Made by a program: the position numbers and the translations under genes. From positions 13,546 to 77,545 of the forward strand of contig JBBRXO010000003.1 in the NCBI GenBank assembly GCA_038248345.1: DNA of 64,000 nucleotides, in the 5' to 3' direction. Below are positions 59,166 through 64,000 of the stretch, in pieces. Position 1 is the stretch's first letter. Each line of letters begins with the position of its first letter. Under the pieces are notes generated by a model, which was not told the DNA's origin, made no database searches, and worked only from the letters and a program-made list of their open reading frames with translations. Origin of the DNA: Armatimonadota bacterium. Its GTDB lineage: Bacteria; Armatimonadota; Hebobacteria; CAIYQO01.

Positions 59166-59912
59166 TTATCCAAGCTGGGATAAGGCAAGGTAAATGCCGC
59201 GCAATACCAGGTGTTCGTCCACCAACGCCACTCCTTCCAAGTGTGGCGCCAGCAGGTGCGCCCATCCACCATGCAACGCCAGCGGGGCAGAAACCCCCAA
59301 CTCGTCGCGGATAGCTCGCACCATCGCATTTAGCCCGCCTACGCTCTGATAGAATAAACCGTTCGATAGCGCTTCCGCGGTGTTACGTGCAATGGCGCGG
59401 GTTGGTGGTGCCCAGTGCCCTGCGGGCAAAGCACTGGCGATATGATGCAATGCATTAGTCGAAGCGGCGATGCCCGGGGCAATGATACCACCCAGATATG
59501 CGCCTGAAGTGGAGACGGCGTCGACGACTATTGCAGTTCCCAGGCTGATTGAAATAACGGGTAGACCGACATAATGTGCTGCAGCCACTGCTGCCATGAA
59601 GCGATCTGCTCCCAGTGTGTCGGGAGAGAGATACTCATTGCGTAGCGGCGCCGGTGTGAGGCCGTTGATTATGGTGATGGAATAACCCGATTCCACGGCC
59701 ATTCGACGCCAGGCAGGAAGTAGTTCTGCAGTAACCGTGGATAATCCCAAAGCTAGTGGGGATGATACATCATTAGCCATGAGCTGCATTGCCAGCACCT
59801 CCGCCGTCGCCCCTTTATCAGTGGGTACTATCCAGGTGCGTTGCAGCTCTCCGGCACGAAAGTAGCCGAATTTGGTGGTAGTATTTCCCTGATCAATAGC
59901 CAGTAATTCCAT
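59166..59912 (-). CDS. coaX: Type III pantothenate kinase
   Basis: LAIDQGNTTTKFG, LGADR, SLGTA..D and GGIIAPG. Confidence 0.92.
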   Translation of the reverse strand: MELLAIDQGNTTTKFGYFRAGELQRTWIVPTDKGATAEVLAMQLMANDVSSPLALGLSTVTAELLPAWRRMAVESGYSITIINGLTPAPLRNEYLSPDTLGADRFMAAVAAAHYVGLPVISISLGTAIVVDAVSTSGAYLGGIIAPGIAASTNALHHIASALPAGHWAPPTRAIARNTAEALSNGLFYQSVGGLNAMVRAIRDELGVSAPLALHGGWAHLLAPHLEGVALVDEHLVLRGIYLALSQLG

Positions 59913-59920
59913 GATCTCTT

Positions 59921-60676
59921 CTATATCCCCAGCAACTGTACTAATGGGTCGCCAATTTTCAACGGAGTGCGGCAGATAAATGGCTCGCCATAATCTGCTT
60001 GGATCATGCTGCCGTAATATACACCACGTGCTTCCATCATGCGGATATAATCATGCGTGCCGATGAATTTGTAATCAGCAGGCATATCACTGAGGAATTG
60101 CGAGCGATACGCACGCACCGCGGCCATTTTGCGAATATGCACTGCTGATACATCCACTACTATAGTGGGGAGCTCCATTTCGTGCATGGGGAAGACCAGT
60201 GATAGATCTGGTGCGTGTGACTTTAATTCAACACCAGTTTCCCTGTCCACTATGATTCTATTCTTCATTCGAGCGTAGAAGATCGCTGCCTGGATCATGC
60301 GTCCGGCCGCGTCATGATCGGGATGGCGATCTCCTGCGTAAGGAATGAGTATTAGTTTAGGGCTGAAGCGACGAATCTCTGTCGCAATTATATCGCGGTT
60401 CTCCGGCGTGTCCATCAAACGGCCATCACCGAGGTTCAGGTTGCGCCGGGCCGTTACGCCTAGTATTATCGCTGCTTCCGCAGATTCATCACCGCGCTCC
60501 TCCGCTGTGCCGCGTGAGGCCATTTCGCCACGTGTGCAGTCAACAATGGCAGTGCGGGCACCGCGCGATTGTGCCAAGGCGAGCAAGCCTCCGCAGCCCA
60601 TTTCCACATCATCAGGATGAGCGCCGAAAGCGAGAATATCTACCGGGATATATGGCTTAGTCATAGTTGTATCCAT
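59921..60676 (-). CDS. bshB1: Bacillithiol biosynthesis deacetylase BshB1-like (PIG-L family)
   Basis: DILAFGAHPDDVEMGCGG, TRGEMASRGT, DRHPDH and AYRSQF..YGEPF. Confidence 0.85.
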   Translation of the reverse strand: MDTTMTKPYIPVDILAFGAHPDDVEMGCGGLLALAQSRGARTAIVDCTRGEMASRGTAEERGDESAEAAIILGVTARRNLNLGDGRLMDTPENRDIIATEIRRFSPKLILIPYAGDRHPDHDAAGRMIQAAIFYARMKNRIIVDRETGVELKSHAPDLSLVFPMHEMELPTIVVDVSAVHIRKMAAVRAYRSQFLSDMPADYKFIGTHDYIRMMEARGVYYGSMIQADYGEPFICRTPLKIGDPLVQLLGI

Positions 60677-60817
60677 TATTTGTTGAATTCGCCCTGCTAC
60701 ATAGAATCACCTGCCAATTTGCGTATTAAGAAATGGAGATTGAACTCACATGGTATTGTGATGCAAATGTGATGTTTCTATATTGCGCTCAACAATAGCC
60801 GGTCTTATACTTGTGGT

Positions 60818-61312
60818 ATGAAACAATTAGATGAGGAAAGTAAAAATCAGGTTACGATTGAAGAGTGCTCAATACTGGTGATGGAAACTTTGCCGTTATT
60901 GATGCGCACTATTCATTGTGAGATGAAGAATCGCCACACGGTTGATTTATCTACATCACAATTCCGTACCTTGCGTTTCCTCAAGCATCATCCTGGGACA
61001 TCACTCTCGCAATTGTCGGAGAGTGTGGAACTCTCGATGCCTTCGATGTCAAAAGCTATCGATTCACTGGTATTGCAGGGCTTGGTTAATCGTGAGAGCG
61101 CGCAGGATGATCGCCGCCGTGTACTATTGTCACTAACCGAAGCAGGTGAGCAAATGTTGCATAAGCTGCGTGCCGCCATGAGGGCATGCCTGTCTGAACG
61201 GCTGAATGGTTTGAATGCTTCTGATCTAACACAAATAATCGAGGGAATGCAAATTTTGCGTTCCCTCGTATTGAAAGAAGATAACTGCATTACACAGGAG
61301 GAAGAACGATAA
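60818..61312 (+). CDS. MarR family transcriptional regulator
   Basis: LSTSQFRTL..SLSQLSE..SMSKAIDSL..GLV.R...DDRR..LSLTEAG. Confidence 0.93.
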   Translation: MKQLDEESKNQVTIEECSILVMETLPLLMRTIHCEMKNRHTVDLSTSQFRTLRFLKHHPGTSLSQLSESVELSMPSMSKAIDSLVLQGLVNRESAQDDRRRVLLSLTEAGEQMLHKLRAAMRACLSERLNGLNASDLTQIIEGMQILRSLVLKEDNCITQEEER

Positions 61313-62616
61313 TGCGAAATTCACTTAAATTGGCCACCATTGCGTTGGCATGTTTTACGGCCATCGGAGTTCATGCTCAGACCGCCACTGTTGCAACTCC
61401 GGTATTGGCAACAGCCACTGTTGCCTCACCGGTAGCTGAGTTAACGCTGGCGGATTGTCTGGCACTGGCGGCCACACACCAGCCGGATTACCAGGCGGCG
61501 TTGTATAACCTGCAAGGCTCCGGGTCCCGGATGACTGAGTCAAGGGCTTCATACCTGCCGACGGTAACGGTACAGAATAACGATCTGCATATCGATGACC
61601 CCTCGAACAAAGCCGGCCATGGTACGTCCTTGCAGGTTACGCACACATTCTACGATAGTGGCTTGCGTGATGTGCGGTATGATCAGGCAAAAGCGAGCTT
61701 TAGCAGTGACCAAGCCGGGTTAGAGCGCACTAAACAGGCACTGGACTTTAATGTGACCAGTGCATACTTGAGTCTACTACGCACACAGAAATTGTTGAAC
61801 GTATCAGTGAAGCAGCTGGAATATGTACAGAAGCAATATGACGTATTGGCCAAGCGAGTAGCGGTGGGTGATGCCGCGCGAGTGGACTTATATCCGTTGG
61901 AGGCGCAATTAGCCAGCTCACGCGTTGATAAATTGAATGCCGAAAATAATATCCGCAAAGCTACTGTCGCTTTGCAAACTGTGATCGGATTACCATTTAC
62001 GCAGGAATTAAGGATCAAGGATGTGAATAGTAAAATTGTAGCCAGTGCGAGTGTCGATGAGTACCTGGTGAAAGCGCAAGCACAGCGCCCGGAATTGCGC
62101 CAGGCAAAACTGAATGAGACAACTGCCGATTTAAGTTTGAAGGCAGCGAAAATAAATCGTGGCCCACGTTTGCAAGTGAATGGCCAGTATGGGATGGATA
62201 TCGACAACGATATGGCGCATAACTGGAGCATTGCCGGCGTGATAAGCTATAGCCTCTTTGATGGCGACCTGTTGAAAGCTAAAGAAGACGAAGCGAAGAG
62301 CAGCAAGGAGGCGACACTGCAGAAATCGGCATCGACGTTGAACAATGTACGCAGTGATGTCGTTAATGCATATCTGAATCTGCAGAATGCGCAGGAACGG
62401 CTGGATGTGACAAAACTAAGCCTGCTTGCAGCACAGAAAAATAACGATGCACAGGCTGCGCGCCAGTTGAACGGATTAGGGACAAACCTGGACGTAATCA
62501 ATGCAGCCGCGCAGTTAGCCTCCGCAGAGAGTGCGGCAATCACCGCCCAGTATGACTACATTCTCGCGCTCGCACAAATCAATTACGCAATAGGGTTGGA
62601 AGGAATTAAACTATGA
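61312..62616 (+). CDS. TolC family outer-membrane efflux protein
   Basis: Signal peptide; LTLADCL..A, YLPTV, V..AY..L repeats and G..T.LDV..A. Confidence 0.9.
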   Translation: MRNSLKLATIALACFTAIGVHAQTATVATPVLATATVASPVAELTLADCLALAATHQPDYQAALYNLQGSGSRMTESRASYLPTVTVQNNDLHIDDPSNKAGHGTSLQVTHTFYDSGLRDVRYDQAKASFSSDQAGLERTKQALDFNVTSAYLSLLRTQKLLNVSVKQLEYVQKQYDVLAKRVAVGDAARVDLYPLEAQLASSRVDKLNAENNIRKATVALQTVIGLPFTQELRIKDVNSKIVASASVDEYLVKAQAQRPELRQAKLNETTADLSLKAAKINRGPRLQVNGQYGMDIDNDMAHNWSIAGVISYSLFDGDLLKAKEDEAKSSKEATLQKSASTLNNVRSDVVNAYLNLQNAQERLDVTKLSLLAAQKNNDAQAARQLNGLGTNLDVINAAAQLASAESAAITAQYDYILALAQINYAIGLEGIKL

Positions 62617-64000
62617 GTACAAAAATGAAGATATTTCTGGGGATTGTACTACTTGTTGTTGTAGCCGGTGGATACATAACTTACACCATGATCAAAGCGG
62701 GGAAGAGTACAAAACCTGTCATTAAGACCGCAACAATAAGACGTGGCACGGTGTCAGTGGGTGTTACAGCGACTGGTACCCTGCAACCACTGACCACAGT
62801 GAGTGTGAAGTCCAATGTGGGCGGGCAGGTGTTAAAACTCAACGTTGATGAAGGGATGAAAGTCAAAGAGGGAGACATCATCGCATTGATTGATCCTTCA
62901 GACTCCCAAAACGCTTACAGCCAGGCAGCAGCGGATATGGAATCGGCAAATGCCAAAATCAGGCAGGCACAATTACAGGCAAATGCGCAGCCGGTTCTTA
63001 CCAATGTAAACAAAGAGCAGGCACAGCATAATCTGGAATCTGCGCAAGCGGCCCTCGATCAATTACTGAATGCAAACGTTCCACAACGACGGGCGACAGC
63101 AAAGCAGTCACTCGAGCAAGCACAATCGAACCTTCGTGTTGCAGAGGCCGAATTTAATCGCCAGAGCGACCTGTTGAGCAATGGGTACACTGCACAGAAA
63201 ACAGTTGACGTGGCGAGAGAGCAGGCAAAACAGGCGCAGGGACAAGTAAATAATGCCCAGAAGAAACAGGATACGCTTAACCAGGAGATCGATGGCGATG
63301 TTGAGGCGGCACAGAATCGAGTGCGACAAGCGGAGGATTCGCTGAATCAGGCGAATGCTAATGGATATCAGGATCAATCCAGCAAGGATAATGTAGTCAC
63401 GGCAAAAGCTTCGGCAACACGGTCGAAAGCTGCATTAGACAATGCGAAGACAAATCTGGCCTATTGTACTGTTATCGCCCCGCGCGATGGTGTCGTGATT
63501 AAGAAATATGTCGAAGAGGGCGGTATGGTAGCAGCCGGACGTACTTCTGGCGGTGCCAGTGGGGCGGGTATCTCTATAGTAGATATCGCTGATATTTCGC
63601 ATATGTATGCCACTGTGAATGTGGATGAGACGGATATCGCGAAGATCAAAATGGGGCAACAAGTTGACGTAAGTGTCGACGCCTACCCAGCTGACAGCTT
63701 CTTCGGTACAGTAACCAAAATTGCACCGCAGACGGTAGTGAATCAAAACGTCACCACCGTGCCGGTTACGGTGCAGGTGGACTCGGCAGATAATCGTCTG
63801 CTGACGGGCATGAATGCCACGTGTAACTTCATCATTGAGCAAAAGAAGAATGTCATAGCTGTACCCAATGAATCATTGAAGTCAAGTGGTGGCGACATGA
63901 CGGTGCAGATTCAGGATGGCGCTAATCTGGTGACAAAAAAGGTTGAAGTAGGTCTTACCGGGGACAGCACCACCGAAATTATAAGTGGTGTGAATGAAGG
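62613..64000 (+). CDS. Efflux periplasmic adaptor (HlyD/MacA-like), truncated by the window end
   Basis: ATG overlaps the tolC stop; TM anchor, ATGTLQP..VSVKSNVGGQVLKLNVDEG, coiled coil, IAPRDGVV and VDETDI.KIK.GQ. Confidence 0.9.
   Translation, partial: MSTKMKIFLGIVLLVVVAGGYITYTMIKAGKSTKPVIKTATIRRGTVSVGVTATGTLQPLTTVSVKSNVGGQVLKLNVDEGMKVKEGDIIALIDPSDSQNAYSQAAADMESANAKIRQAQLQANAQPVLTNVNKEQAQHNLESAQAALDQLLNANVPQRRATAKQSLEQAQSNLRVAEAEFNRQSDLLSNGYTAQKTVDVAREQAKQAQGQVNNAQKKQDTLNQEIDGDVEAAQNRVRQAEDSLNQANANGYQDQSSKDNVVTAKASATRSKAALDNAKTNLAYCTVIAPRDGVVIKKYVEEGGMVAAGRTSGGASGAGISIVDIADISHMYATVNVDETDIAKIKMGQQVDVSVDAYPADSFFGTVTKIAPQTVVNQNVTTVPVTVQVDSADNRLLTGMNATCNFIIEQKKNVIAVPNESLKSSGGDMTVQIQDGANLVTKKVEVGLTGDSTTEIISGVNE

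Overview
Bacterial chromosomal window, probably from an anaerobic diderm. Armatimonadota is inferred from the DUF1559/H-X9-DG pilin-like genes, the URO-D-family gene, the SLH outer-membrane protein, TolC and the FlgD/NHL giant proteins; this is not proven. The window opens inside a Wood-Ljungdahl carbonyl-branch cluster. There, acetyl-CoA synthase (AcsB) is fused in frame to the CFeSP small subunit (AcsD) through an Ala/Val/Pro-rich tether that contains a degenerate copy of AcsD's own C-terminal helices. acsC, a RACo/AcsV corrinoid activator and a stand-alone homocysteine methyltransferase domain follow. At 46.6-52.1 kb is a trimeric [FeFe]-hydrogenase (HydC-HydB-HydA). Its HydB has no C-terminal 2x[4Fe-4S] domain and is instead fused to a GltD/SfrB-like FAD/NADP(H) module. 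The operon has a ~400-nt structured leader with a Rex-like operator and an internal terminator. The rest mixes housekeeping genes (rplY, ruvB, recO, dinB, pyrK/pyrD, der, coaX, bshB1, an IscS-type desulfurase, MarR-TolC-MFP efflux) with carbohydrate-related and secreted accessory genes. At least six accessory genes carry nonsense or frameshift lesions, while no core gene does. Four distinct REP-like palindrome families and at least five apparently leaderless genes are visible. No rRNA, tRNA, CRISPR array or transposase was seen.
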